Source: Mytilus californianus (taxonomy: Eukaryota). Taken from it: DNA of 64,000 bases. The stretch's first letter is position 1. Each line of letters starts with the position of its first letter. Where the stretch lies: contig NW_026262581.1 in the NCBI RefSeq assembly GCF_021869535.1, positions 136,772,001-136,836,000 of the forward strand, given 5' to 3'. The notes under the pieces were generated by a model that worked only from the letters and a program-made list of their open reading frames with translations, did not search any database and was not told where the DNA came from. A program made the translations under genes and the position numbers. Shown in pieces: positions 37,303 to 50,631 of the stretch.

Positions 37303-40300
37303 GTTCGAAACAAAATCCTTCTGTTTCTTTTAAATAGATACTTCCTCGTTAAAACATTGACAAATTTAAAAGACGAACATAATGAAATAAGAGTTTATAT
37401 AATTTATTTTAGTATCTTAAGAACCAGCGGTTCAGACGGCTATGACAATGAGTCATTTTCTTTCGCAGTCTTAGTACATAGACCAATATTAAATGAATGA
37501 TATAATAAATACCTTTTATCAGACGCCTGGTATTATTTGTCTAAGGTTTTATTTGAAGTAAGCATGGTTTGAAACAAAACTACATAACATTAGCTTTACT
37601 CAACTCTTGGCCAAAATAAACACAAATGTATTGTAAAGTATACACAAAGATGATGTTTACTGTTCATCGAAACAGGTTGGGAACAACCAAATCCAGGTAC
37701 ATTTCAGGGTTTCTGCTGGTGGTCGCCATTTTCATAATTTGCGAAAAAATAAAAATTTTGGCGAAAGAAGTTTAACGGTTCGACTTCATACATCATGTTT
37801 ACTTTTGTGGGGTTTCTCTGACTTTTTCCCTGATCAGAAAATACTGGGAATTCTCCTTGAACTCGTTTCAATTTTGATAGAAAATCAATAATCAGCTGAT
37901 TGCATTTGACATGTTTGACAGCTATCAGCAACAATGGATTATAATTATTAAAGGTGTTGATTGTATTGTTTAATGAAATGGTTAATGGCATCACATGTCA
38001 CTTAGAGGATTTGTTTTTAACTTTGATGGAAATAATTGTTTTAGTGACGCATAGTTTTACGTCTCCCCGTTTTCTTTTAATGATGATCTGGAAAGAAAAC
38101 TTGTTATGACTAAAAAATTTCAAAAGTAAAAAAAATCTCTGACTTTTTTATTTATCCTATAATTTTCATAGACATAATAGTTTTGAAGTGGATAATTTGC
38201 AATCGCTTTAGCGACGCACGTGTTTGAGGCATAGTTTTAAGTCCAAACTTTTTCTTTTAACGATGGTCCGGTAAAGAAAACTATTGTTAAGAAGAAAAAA
38301 ATTCAAAAGTAAGAAAAATCTCTGACTTTAGTCTTTATCCTTTAACTAGACAGGAAGTATCCGATAAACTTATTGTTCATGAATCCCATGTTCTGCGGCA
38401 GAAGTAAAAAATAGTGGTTTCATGATCTATATTGCAAAGTTAGTTTCTTTTAAAAATTAAATGTTTGTTATTATTGAGTGTTTATTCATTACAATGTAGA
38501 TTAAAAGAAAATTATTAAGAATTATAATAGATAACAATGTGACAAACTGATTTTTTTTTTTGCTAGAAAGAAGGAAAGTTTTAAACGAAAAATATGTTTA
38601 TGTTAGATGGCGAAAAATATAATGTTTTTGCGAAAGAGGTGGCGAAAAAGAAAATTGACCCAGGGGAAACCCTGTACGTTTGCCCACATACCTGTTAGAC
38701 CTGGGTTCCATATTCACATTTGCCTGAGTCAGTTATCCCATATTGTTTAGTACAAAATGTATGTTATGTCATGTATATTGTGTTGTATAGTCCATGGTAT
38801 GAATATTTTAAGTGTTGTAATTACAAATTTTGAAAAGGTTTATGGCAAGGACTATAATAGTACAATACCTATGTTACGCTAAAATTGAAATCATGTTTGG
38901 CGGGGACATCATAAACTGTCCTTTTGTCTTTTTCATTTTTTGTGGATACAAAATCAACAGCTATGCTTGTGTAAAAGTCAAGTAATATTAGAATAAGGAG
39001 ATGTGGTATGATTGCCAATATGACAACTATCCACCAAAGTTCTAATGAAGTGGATGTAAGCAATTAAAGGCAACAGTTTGGCCTTCAACAATAAGAAAAT
39101 CCCATACTGTATAGTCGGCTATAAAAGGCCAGAAATGACAAATGTGAAAGAATTCAACTGAGTAAACTATGGCTTACTTTTTATAACAAAACAATTAATG
39201 AAAATCAAGTATGACGTGAACCAACGAAAACCACTGAACTATATTGAAAGCTAGATCAAAGCTAATAAATTAATCATGTTTTCCCAAACTAAAGTATCAA
39301 TCATTACACATCCAACAGATTGAGTGTAAAGACGTCATAAACACTTTGAGAAACGCAGGATCTTGTGCAATGCCAAAATATAAGTAAACAGTATTGACAG
39401 GATGTAGGATGATATACATGATATATAGCATGTATAGCAATATATGTTTAGTTATGTTTTAATTTTTCAAAAACAAAATCAATATTAATACCAATAAAAA
39501 CAATATTTGAAGATTTTTCTACTGTGTTAAATTGATAGACTTTAAGAATAAGTTTATTCAAAGGATCATTTTGTTTACATGGATTGTATCTTAATTTACG
39601 GACTGTGTATTTTTTCATCTGAATACATTTTTTGGGATTAACTATGGCATGACATGGACTTCATCACATCCCCACTTCTCCTCCTCAACCTTTATTTAGA
39701 ATTAAATGAAACTTTATCAGAATCTTCACCATATAATGCCATTGTATAAATTTTGATTTTTTAAACAAATATTTATTTGGGTTTCCCTAAGCAAATCATA
39801 GACCTTGCCATTGCATTACATGGTGACAGGGGAATCATTTTGGGAGTTTAGCTCGAGTATCTTGGACTAGCTTTATTCTAGGAAGAAAACATGTCATTGT
39901 GACATTATATACATTTAACTGATATAGAATTTTAAGGAAATTTATCAGTTTAATATTATTAGTATATAACTTGTGAAAATGCATACTAGTACGATCTTGT
40001 GTTTTGCTTATAAACTTTGATTTGACTTGCACAAGTTTAATTTATTCTATAAAATCAACCATAAAGCATCACTTTGAGAGAAATAGTATATTTTTTTAAT
40101 AATTTGTTTGCCATTTTAGGACAAAAATCATTATCTTATATGCAAAAAAATAATTTCATACTAAGTCATGGAATATACAAAATATATAAAGTTTATTGAT
40201 GATATAAATCCTACATATTGATATATTCTTTTTCATGTTCTTTCCTTTCTTTTGCTGTTGATGGAACTAATTGTAGCGTAAGTATTTATAATATACATTA

Positions 40301-43300
40301 AACTTAAGTGTTCTATTATAAGCATTATCAGTATTTGTTAAAGTGTTTATATCAAATTTGACTACAGCTTTGTAGAGAGGAGATTTAATGGTAAATACTG
40401 ATCATGCTCATGAAACATATCCTTGTTGACAGTGTGTATGTTACCAAAAAGATTATTTGTACATCTACAAGATAACTTGAGTTAATTTATGTAGGTTATT
40501 AAAGTAAAATTAAATTAGAATAGATTGAGTGATGATGATATGTATAGTTTTTCACAAACATCAACAGCCTATGACTGGAAACTAAAAAATGTCAAAGTTA
40601 AATTTCATTTAATCGTACAATCTCTTATGTCTTTTTACAGATTGATTGCTATGGCTTTTGCTGCAGCAGTTGGTGTGACATTCTTAGTACTTGGATGTGC
40701 TTTATATGAGTAAGTAGATGATGTAGTCTATTCTGTTTATTCTTGATTACTATAGAAAACCTTCTAATTGAAACTTAATTTGTCATGTTTGTATGATTAA
40801 ATAATTTATGATAGCCCTTTGTTTATGGGAAATATTACATTGGGTAGACCATATTTTTGTGAAAATTTTGTCCTGGATGGAATGCAGTGAAGTTAGGGGT
40901 ACATTTTGGAAAGTATAGACCCAACCCTTGCTAAAATTTGAGATAAACAGTGTAATGCTTTAAATTATTTCTATTTTAGTAGGAAAATGTATGCATAATT
41001 CCCCAGAATTTATCTTACATTGAACAACACCATTAACTATTCATTTTACAACAGTATTGTTCTGTCTTTATTCTACATGATTTACTGAACATACAAATGT
41101 ATCATGCACATGACAAAACAAGTAGACTGGATGTCATAATAGAATGTAGAATAAATTCAGTGTTCTAGCTAAGGAATTTTGAAGGCGAGCCCAGGGACTC
41201 GGATCATTTTTGGCCAGGTGAGTCCAAAAGTGAGAAGATGAAATTTTTTTGCTATATTATTAATATTTCAGTTCCAATGACAAAATAGAGCAAGGAAATG
41301 ACATCAGGTTTTGATGAATTTGAAATTTTTGTCATAAAATGATAATATTTGTGCTCAGTTGGTACATTTTATAATCTTGATGCATCTTTGGACTCATCTC
41401 TTTTGAAAATGACAGATTTTCATGAGTCCAGGGCTCATGGAATCGCCTTAGTGAGAACCCTGTTTGAAATTGCTGGGACAGTATTGTAAAAACAACAAAT
41501 TTTGGAAATAATAATATATTGGAATGATAATCATATTGATGGGGTTTAAAGTATTCATCTTAATAATATTACACAAAGAATTGATTGATAACTCTCAATA
41601 CTTGTGTATTCTAAATCAATCATCTTAAATCTTCTCTGTTCATTGTGGCAGTCTGTAAATTGACAATAAACTGTGAAGAATTGTTGAATAGTTTTTTAAT
41701 CAAAGCTTAATAATGTTTCATTGAACATACGGGTCATAGAAACAAATCTATTTTTAGAACAATTGGTTCTATATTTATATCCCAGGTAAAGGAAACGTTG
41801 GTACGCAAAAAACTAAAACAAAATGTGTTTATAAACTTTATTGGTAGAATTGAAAGACAATAACATATATGACATCAGTTAAATAACTTTTATTAGAATA
41901 AATCATCATTCAACACGATGCAAGTGGATCACTGCTCTTCGTCTTTTTTCAGGGATTTCCTTTACTGATTTTTACTATCGATGTTAATTGACGCCGTAAT
42001 TTGGCATTTCAGATAAAAGCATACTCTGCTTAATTGCATAATTTTGTCTGACAAATAGGCTATGCAAATAACCAGAATCGATTGTATTAATTTTCTATAT
42101 ATTTCAGTAACTGGTGGCCAATGTTTGTGTTAATTTTCTACTTCCTGTCACCACTACCTACAGTAATATCTAAACGTATGTCTGATAGTCTGGACACAGC
42201 AAGTAGTGCCTGTGTAGAACTTGCAATATTCATAACTACAGGCATTGTAATATCAGCTATTGGACTTCCCGTTGTATTGGCACATGTAAATACTGTGAGT
42301 AAAATTATATAAACATATTATTTCATTGCCTACTTATATAATGAATTTGCTGGAACGAATGTTTACTATAAACTGTTAGCAAACGTATTGCATTTAAACA
42401 AGATAGTAAAGGATTTCTTTTTTATTAGAATAAGACTTTTTAAAGCCAAAAGTATACAGTACACTAACATAAAATTAAAAATAAATGGGGAATGTATCCA
42501 TGGGAGACAGATGATACCCCTGGGGGCTTGCATATAAAGTTATAAAGGGACATAACTCAAGAACGGTAAAAGTGACAGTACCAAAATTCGTATTTGATCT
42601 GAGTTTTGTGGTAATAAACATTGTGTATAAGTTTCATAACATTTGGTTGAGGCAAACTAAAGTTAGAGAACGGAAACAAAAAATTCAGCAATATTTCCAT
42701 TTGTAAAGGGGCATAACTCTAGAACAGTAAAAGTGACACCACCAAAATTCAAACTTGATCTGTGTTTGGTGGTAATAAGCATTGTGTATGAGATTCATAA
42801 CATTTGGTTGAGGCAGACTAAAGTTAGAGAACGGAAACGAAAATTCAGCAATTTTTCCATTTGTAAAGGGACATAACTTTAGAAAGAAAAAAAGTGACAC
42901 ACCCAAATTTAAACTTGGTCTGTGTTTTGTGGTATTAAGCATTGTGGATAAGTTTCATAACATTTGGTTGAGGCAAACTAAAGTTAGAGAATGGAAACCA
43001 ATTTCGGGACGTACAAAGGTAAAGCTTAATGCCCCCTCCGCTACGGTGAGGGCATAAAAACTAGACATACACTATAAAATAACCAAATTACTGTGCTTAT
43101 GCAAAAGGATCTTCAAGCACTCAAGTATAAAAATTTCAATTTTTTTATAAACCTTTGTTGCAATGGTTATATATATGGCTGTGTTATAAAAAGATTGATT
43201 TGAATAAAAGAGATATGTCAATGAGAAATGAAACTCTATTACACAAAAACATCTAGAGGTCAACATATGGTTTTTGTCTCACCTTGACGGAGTCAAAAAG

Positions 43301-45172
43301 CGAGACATAGGTATGCTGTTTCCGGCGTCGGCCGCGGTGTCAACAATGAATTAGTTTGTGATTAGGTCTAGTTCATGGTGAACCACTAGTGGTAGGTCAA
43401 TGATATTTGGTATGCAGTTGTATTAGCATTGGCATATCTCATTACCATGGAGATTATTTGGCCCCGCCCCCTCAGTCAAGGTCTATTGACTTTGAAACTT
43501 TGCTTAGTTTTCATGTATTAGTTTGTGATTAGGTCAGTTTATGGGGAACCACTAGTGGTAGGTGAATGATATTTGGTATGCAGTTGTATTAGCATTGGCA
43601 CATCTCATTACCATGGAGATTATTTGGCCCCACCCCCTCAGTCAAGGTCTATTGACTTTGAAACTTTTGCTTAGTTTTCATGTATTAGTTTGTGATTAGG
43701 TCAGTTTAAGGGGAACTGTTAGTGGTAGGTCAATGATAATTGGTATGCAGTTGTATAAGCATTAGCACATCTCATTTCCATGGAGAATATTGGGTCCTTA
43801 CCCCTTAGTCATAGTCTATTGACTTTGAAACTTTTGCTTAGTTTACATGTATTAGTTTGTGATTAGGTCAGTTTAAGATGAACCACTAATGTTAAAAAAA
43901 AAATAAAATAAGTCAATGATATTCGGTATGCAAATGTATTGGCATTTGCAAGTTTTATTTCCATGGAGATTATATAACCCCACCCCCTTATTATGGTTCA
44001 TTGACTTTGAAACTTTTACATAGTTTACAAGTTAATATTTGCTTTAGGTCTGTTTAAATGGAACGACTTATGAAAAGTCAATGGTATTTGGTTTGCAGTT
44101 GTATTAGCATTGGCACATCTCATTTCCATGGAGATTGTTTAGCCCTGTACCTTCAGTCATGGTTCATTGACTTTGAATATTTGCATAACTTACATGTTAA
44201 AGTATTGCTATTTTAATTTCAACATTTGCATTGTCAAAATAACAAATAGGCGAGACATATCTCTGTGTTAACAGTTTATTAACAACAGGTGTTTAAACAA
44301 TATGTCAAGCTCTCCAACCTCTCAATATAAAAAAAGTTGTAAATCAATTTTTAACAGAGGCTATGAAAGATCTGCCTGGAATGTAAAAGTTTTCTCAACT
44401 TCCTGAATACCCCATTACATAATATTGTTTTAACAGGTTTGTGATAGTGTATGTTTACTTTAATATTGGTACCATATTTAAGGCCAGATAAGACCCTTTC
44501 TTTAGAAATAATTAGATGTGATATGATTGCCAATGAGACAACTCTCCACCAAATGACTTAGAACCGAACAACTATAGGTCACAGCAAGGAGTTGTATATT
44601 TAAGATTAAATGTACAATTCCTTGGTCACAGCACAGCCTTGAACAAAGAGCAAAACCCATCCCGCATAGTTCGCTATTAATGGCCCCAAAATGACAAATG
44701 TAAAACTATTTAAACAAGAAAACTTAAAGCCTGATTTATGTACAAAATAATAAACACATTTTTTCCTTTGTTGAGACTTAGTTTTTGCCCCTTGTTTTTA
44801 TTGGTGAAATTTATTACATATCAGATTTCCTGTGATGAATGTAGGTTGGTCTTTGCTTGGGAGTTGGTTTGGTCTGACTTAATACAAATTCACTTTTATT
44901 TATGGTGATATACTTAGCATGCACTTACTATTTGTGAATGTAGTCCTGACTTATTCAGTAAATACTGTCATATTTCAGATTTGGTTACATGGAGTTTGTT
45001 TGTAAATAAGTCCAAGTAGTAAATTGTTTTAAGCTGGCCTCTTGTTTTTATTTTTCAGATTGACTGGGGAGCATGTGCTTTGGTGTTAGCTGGTAACCTT
45101 GTGGTATTCCTTACAATACTGGGATACTTCTTTGTATTTGGAAATGAAGATCTGGACTATTCATCCTGGTGA
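37287..45172 (+). CDS. LEPROT: Leptin receptor gene-related protein / LEPROTL1-like (Vps55 family, 4-TM), 128 aa
   Basis: join(37287..37302,40277..40277,40641..40709,42108..42294,45059..45172) = 387 nt: [46 protein letters not shown]...[21 protein letters not shown]...[13 protein letters not shown]...DYSSW. Matches LEPROT/LEPROTL1 as I recall them. The 5' end depends on the 1-nt exon (alternative: ATG at 40261). Confidence 0.93.
37705..38674. mobile_element. hAT-like MITE (LEPROT intron 1)
   Basis: TIR CAGGGTTTC...GAAACCCTG; flanks (g)TACATTT / (g)TACGTTT resemble a 7-8-bp TSD; internal duplication. Confidence 0.7.
38990..39250 (-). mobile_element. SINE-like repeat (tail ...TTGTCTCATTGGCAATCATACCACATCT..)
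   Basis: Related pieces at about 16285-16350, 33095-33128, 35330-35520, 44505-44760, 48780-48930, 49410-49515, 55780-55990, 56170-56235, 56680-56745 and 63395-63460. Confidence 0.6.
40277..40277 (+). CDS. LEPROT: LEPROT putative 1-nt microexon (C)
   Basis: Polypyrimidine tract 40226-40253, AG at 40275-40276, C, GTAAGT at 40278-40283; supplies the middle base of GCA (Ala6). Confidence 0.75.
40641..40709 (+). CDS. LEPROT: LEPROT exon ([22 protein letters not shown])
   Basis: TTTTTACAG acceptor, GTAAGT donor; TM1. Confidence 0.95.
   Translation: MDCYGFCCSSWCDILSTWMCFI
41158..41462 (+). mobile_element. hAT-like MITE (LEPROT intron)
   Basis: Imperfect 17-bp TIRs CAGTGTTCTAGCTAAGG / CCTTAGTGAGAACCCTG; second copy at 25468; no clear TSD. 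Confidence 0.7.
42108..42294 (+). CDS. LEPROT: LEPROT exon ([10 protein letters not shown]...LAHVNT)
   Basis: TTTCAG acceptor, GTGAGT donor; 187 nt. Confidence 0.96.
42478..43060 (+). mobile_element. HINE family A (LEPROT last intron)
   Basis: Same 5' end, core repeats and 3' hairpin as 24349-24772. Confidence 0.85.
43270..44280 (-). mobile_element. HINE family C, inverted, about five 166-167-bp cores
   Basis: Reverse complement of the 6151-6630 ends; CCATGGAG at 43445, 43611 and 43778. Confidence 0.85.
45059..45172 (+). CDS. LEPROT: LEPROT last exon ([13 protein letters not shown]...SSW-stop)
   Basis: TTTTCAG acceptor; TGA at 45170-45172; AATAAA at 45278-45283. Confidence 0.96.
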   Translation: MDWGACALVLAGNLVVFLTILGYFFVFGNEDLDYSSW

Positions 45173-46379
45173 TGACACATTGTCAGCCAGCAAGTGGGAT
45201 TTTATTTTAATGCAAACAATATTTATATTTTGAATTATTGTTCTTGAAAGATTTTTCAAGAAACTAGATTGTATAGAAATAAAAGTATAGGTTTCTTGGA
45301 AAATACCGGTTTTTTTTACATTGTATTTATAATGTTTGGTTCAGTGTTTCCTAAAATTTTGAAAAGGATATGGTTTAAAACAAACAAAGCACCCTTTTTA
45401 TATGCAAAATTCATCTTAAGGGCACATACCATGGATACTGTAGTTATCATATGAAATATAGCTTTGATTGTAAAAGAAATATTTATTCTTTGTATTGTGA
45501 AACTTAAATAAAAAAAATAAGCAGCTGTGCCAAAAGGCATTATTTTTAATTAGAAGGGAATGGTAGAAACATTTTTCTTGGAAATAAAAGAGGTTTGTCA
45601 ATTGCCACTATTAAACCCTATAATGATCTGCTCACATGAACCACTGTGCTAATATCTACACAATTGTTTGTCAACTTCAATTTATTTTTACAGAAAATAT
45701 ATTAAGAACAAATGATTTTTTTAAAGATATAAACAATATATCATAAAGCACTTGTCTTAAGAAAATACCATCAAACTTTGATATGTAATATTAAGTTATG
45801 TGTTTATGTTCATTATCACTGAACTAGTATATATATTTGTTTAGGGGCCAGCTGAAGGACGCCTCCGGGTGCGGGAATTTCTCGTTGCATTGAAGACCTG
45901 TTGGTGACCTTCTGCTGTTGTCTGTTCTATGGTCGGGTTGTTGTCTCTTTGACACATTCCCCATTTCCATTCTCAATTTTATTATAGCATCCAAATTATT
46001 GCTGCCATTAGACACAAGTCTTAGGATTTATTAAACACATACCTAACGAACTACAGCAAGGCTTAAACCAACTTTTTACATTTGATTTTTTTCCCTCTAA
46101 ATATCAAAATAAGGTGTTCTATTTAAATTTTCATCATACCTTATTTTCAATAGCTGATTAGCACACAGTATACTTAAAATGTTTGTTTTATTTGTGCATT
46201 ACTTTTCATAATAGTGGTCAATTTTGTTGTTGTATCAGAGATAAACAATCCAGCCTCTCAGGGGTAACTTACAAATCCCATGACAGGCAGATCAAGTGCA
46301 CCTTAACATTTATATTCATATAATCAAACCTAGATATATGTGCTATCCAAAGGAAGACAATTATTTGTCCTTTATGATA

Positions 46380-46790
46380 AGTTTATACAGGTGTTACTTA
46401 AACATGTTTGACTGATCTTAAGTTACTCCTAGTGATTTCCTATATACAGGTGCCAACAGAAGCAGGTTGGACTGTATCCCTATCTACTAATGATTTCCTT
46501 TATACAGGTGCCAACAGAAGCAGTTTGGACTGTATCCCTGTCTACTAGTGATTTTCTTTATACAGGTGCCAACAGAAGCAGGTTGGACTGTATCCCTAGC
46601 TACTCCTAGTGATTTCCTTTATACAGGTGCCAACAGAAGCAGTTTGGACTGTATCCCTAGCTACTCCTAGTGATTTCCTTTATACAGGTGCCAACAGAAG
46701 CAGTTTGGACTGTATCCCTAGCTACTCCTAGTGATTTCCTTTATACAGGGCCCACAAAAGTAGGTTTGACTGTTTTCCTAGCTACAGTGT
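46380..46790 (+). repeat. 58-61-bp minisatellite, about 7 units
   Basis: ACAGG-led motif at 46446, 46504, 46562, 46623, 46684 and 46745. Confidence 0.92.
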
Positions 46791-49635
46791 GTGTCTTTTG
46801 TGTATTGTATTTTAAGAATGTTTTGACCCCGATAACTACTTAAGCCAATTAAAAATTAATGTAGATTTTTGTATAAAGTTATACATATATGTTATAAATC
46901 ATGAACCATGTTCTCTTATCAAAACTACAATATAACAATATATTAAGAACTATCACGGAGAAAACAAAAAGACTTTATATTATGAATAATACAGTCATTA
47001 TAACATTTATTTTTACAAATTATGTCTACCTGTTTCTTATTTTCTGAGATTAAATGTTCAGCTTTGTGTATAGCTAGAGTCATTGTCAACAATAACTTTT
47101 ACTTGTATTGATGCATAGGTTTAATATGTATCATCTGATTTCATGTTTTGTATTATTTATTGAAATCTGTTTTGATTATTGCTAGTTGTATGGAATCATT
47201 ATCACATCGTCAAATATGACCGTATATAAACTGGAGGATGATACATGATTTGTTTGTACCCTACTACATCTATCCAAAACGGAGCAAGATATTTGATTGT
47301 CAAACTTGTGTTGTTGAATATCATTTACATTTACTCATATATAACATGCATTTTCATGAACTTCTAAAACAAAATGCTCTCCAGTTTTTTCAGAATTCTC
47401 TGAAATCTAATTAGAACCTGTATAAGAAATTTAAATTTGGACCATATTAGAATTTGTTTTAGATTCTCATTCTTCATTTTACAAAGTATGTAAATTTATG
47501 GAGGATTTTATTTATTGATTTACTCTAAATTGCTAAATAAAAATAAAATAAGAAATTGTAAAAAGAATAATGAAATCATTTAATAGTTAATTCCTTGTGT
47601 ATTGGTGCAATCATTGTATATATCTATTCTTCATGACTTATGTAATTTATTTGTATATATGTCATTCCTTATCATTCAGTCACAGATTTTATATTTAAAC
47701 TATCTAAAGCAGGGAAAAAGGAATACAACTATAAAGAATGAGTCTTTAAGTAAACAATTTTTAAATTTGTTTGATATACATGGAAACCATGGAAAGCACT
47801 TTGAAAATAGAGAAGCCACCCTTAGAAGCAATTTGGAGACAGTCAGCATAAATAAAAAAATGTGTGTACAACATATTATTCCAAACACATCCATGGTAGC
47901 TGATTCAAGTTACCTTCCATGGGTCCCATGTATGTTTTGATGGAACAATGCTCTATCCCATAACCTAAATTTCTTCACAGTTCATGAGTATTAAGCATTT
48001 GTCTATATTTTATAGCAGTGTCCAAGGAATATAGCATTTTGTAAAGCATTTTTTTTTAATATAATTCTAATTTGCTTAATAATAAGATATTTGCCTGTAA
48101 TGGGTGAAACCACCGATTTTAAAGTTTTGTTGTTGTATAACCTTTATGATTGTTTTTTGTTTAATATTTATAGTAATGTGTCAATCATTTATATAGGAGA
48201 AATTAAATTTTATGCAATTTACTTTGTTTTTCCCTTAACCACCACATTTCATGTTGCACGTCAAATCAAGTTGAAAATAGCAGTCATGGGATATTAAGGC
48301 ATTTTGAAAGGGAAAAATATGACTTATTGGCATTGCAAAGGGTAATAAAAATGGATGAGCAAGTTGTAAGATTTAAAATTAACACATATGTAAACATGAC
48401 AAAATGTTTACAGGCTTCTGAAAATGTGCTTATATGGCTTGACATCATTAAGATAAAATCACAATATTAAATGGTAAAAATTGGTAGATATAACAATGAA
48501 GGTGTAATGTTTTAGTGCTAGGTTGACAGCTGTACATTTTTCTTAGGTCTTCAAATATACAAGGCAATTTTCTTGAAGATATTTTCTGAATACCGGGAAC
48601 CATCCAAGTACAAGCTAATACTTACAGATTTTTTATACATGACATACAGATAGCTCTCATAGATTGACAGCTTCTATGTTTTGGTTTACAGGATACATTG
48701 AATTTTGAATAATGGAGTCTTGTAGACCTTGGGAAAATAGCCTTATCAGATTAGTTAGACCATTTCATACTGATTTCTACAGTTTGTTTTGTATTTGTGC
48801 TGTTGCACCACTGTCCAAGGTTAGCAGAGGATTGAGAGCTCACAAACATGTTTATCCTCATCACATTGTATATGTGCCTATCGGCCCCTATCCCAAGACA
48901 GCAGCCTGTTATTCAGTGGTTGTTGTTTCTATCTGACATACTTAGTCGTGAATGTCAGACAAAGGGATTACAATCTGGTGGCAGCATCAACTATTTATAT
49001 AAAGCTTTATACAAATAAGGTGGTCAGTGATCAAGGTTAAGTTTACATGGTCAATCCTCTATCTCAAATACTATAAGCAATAGGTAAACTATACTGACGG
49101 ACCTTAAAAAGGCAACACATATTTTGGTGTGATTTTTTTTTACCAAATCATGATTAATCTTCATATAACTACTATTCATACAGACACACCCAAGAAATGA
49201 CATCTCATATTAACAGCTGGCTATGATTCTTAAGCTCTGTATCAATCACAAAGAAAGTTCATTGGACAGATTCCAGTAGCATGTCCAGGAAACCAGCAAT
49301 GCATTACAAGAAAAGTATCAATATTAGACCAATAATACATGCAAAATATTAGATTGTATATCCATTAATAAACAAAGACGACTTTGTGGCGAGGGGTTTG
49401 CTTAATGTTGAAGGATGAAGGGTGACCTATAGTTGTTATCATCCCATCGGCATCATTTGGATTCTGGTGAATAGTTATCTCATTGGCAATCATACCACAT
49501 CTCCTTATTTTTAAAGAAGATATATTGGCATTGGAGTGTTGTCATATTGAAGTGCTATTTCCATACAGAAAGGGGTGAATTTTCCATACAGTCAACTGTA
49601 TTAAGATATCAGTTGTGATAACAGTCTAACAATGA

Positions 49636-50300
49636 AAACATGCTGAGCTGTGAGCTATTGCTCACAAATGATAACCCTGCTATGAGTAATCAGTAAACAG
49701 GAAGTTAATGAGCAATGGATCTGAAAAGGAATAACACACTACGGCATTCTCACATGAAGCTTGATACCAGATTTCAGAAAGCCTTGATTTGTAGTTCCTG
49801 AGAAAAATGTGGCAAAATTTTCATACATAGCCCAAATGTGTAAAAATGTACTGTGAATTAATTTATTTTCTTGGGTATAAATTTAAGTGGATTGATGAAA
49901 ATTTTCATTTTTGTGGTTGTGCTAAAGTTTTCATACAATCATATAGGAAATTATTACTTTTCTTGGGCATTAAAATTCAAAATTCAACTTTACACAAGAA
50001 ATCCATGACAATTGGCATCCCACAAATAATATTGAATCCACAGTAAATTATTTGGTAAACAGTAAGTTGTTAAGTGAAGAATCTGGAAACAATCACATGG
50101 TTAGTAGATACTAAGAAAAATGTGTCAAAAAATTCATACATGGCCATTATGTGCAAGAATACTTCAGTATTTTGTTAACAGAAAGTTGATAAGTGATGAA
50201 TGTGAAAATGCATTACACAGTAGAGAATGCTCACATGAAGCTTAATACCAAATTTCAGCAGGCTCTGATTTGTAGTTCCTGAGAAAAAAATCACTAAGAT
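49636..50300 (+). mobile_element. Degraded HINE-like fragments
   Basis: TCACATGAAGCTT..ATACCA.ATTTCAG...GATTTGTAGTTCCTGAGAAAAA at about 49751 and 50231. Confidence 0.45.
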
Positions 50301-50631
50301 AGATGGAGAGCAAGAGGTGGACAGAAGTAAACAGGTATAACCACCATCAGAGATTGGGTTTAAAACCTTCCTTGGGATAATCCCCATTTATTACCATCTT
50401 ACGTCAGTATCAAAACTTTATTATAATGTTAAAATATTACAGATTGACTAAATATTAGATGTTTATTGTTCAGCAGGAAGTATTTCAACTATAATTTAAA
50501 CAAACTACACATACAAAGAGAATGGACACATACATTTCAGTTTATTATGTCTCAGATCTGATAACACTTTTTTTATTACAACCTATGCTGAAAATGCTTA
50601 TGAACATCATTCAAAAACATTTATGAACAAG

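Noticed and set aside
40261-40277. MELIVA as the primary first coding exon of LEPROT
   Set aside because: No resemblance to orthologs, preceded by an acceptor-type pyrimidine tract rather than promoter-like DNA, and it would leave the conserved MAGIR exon orphaned. Kept only as a possible minor isoform.
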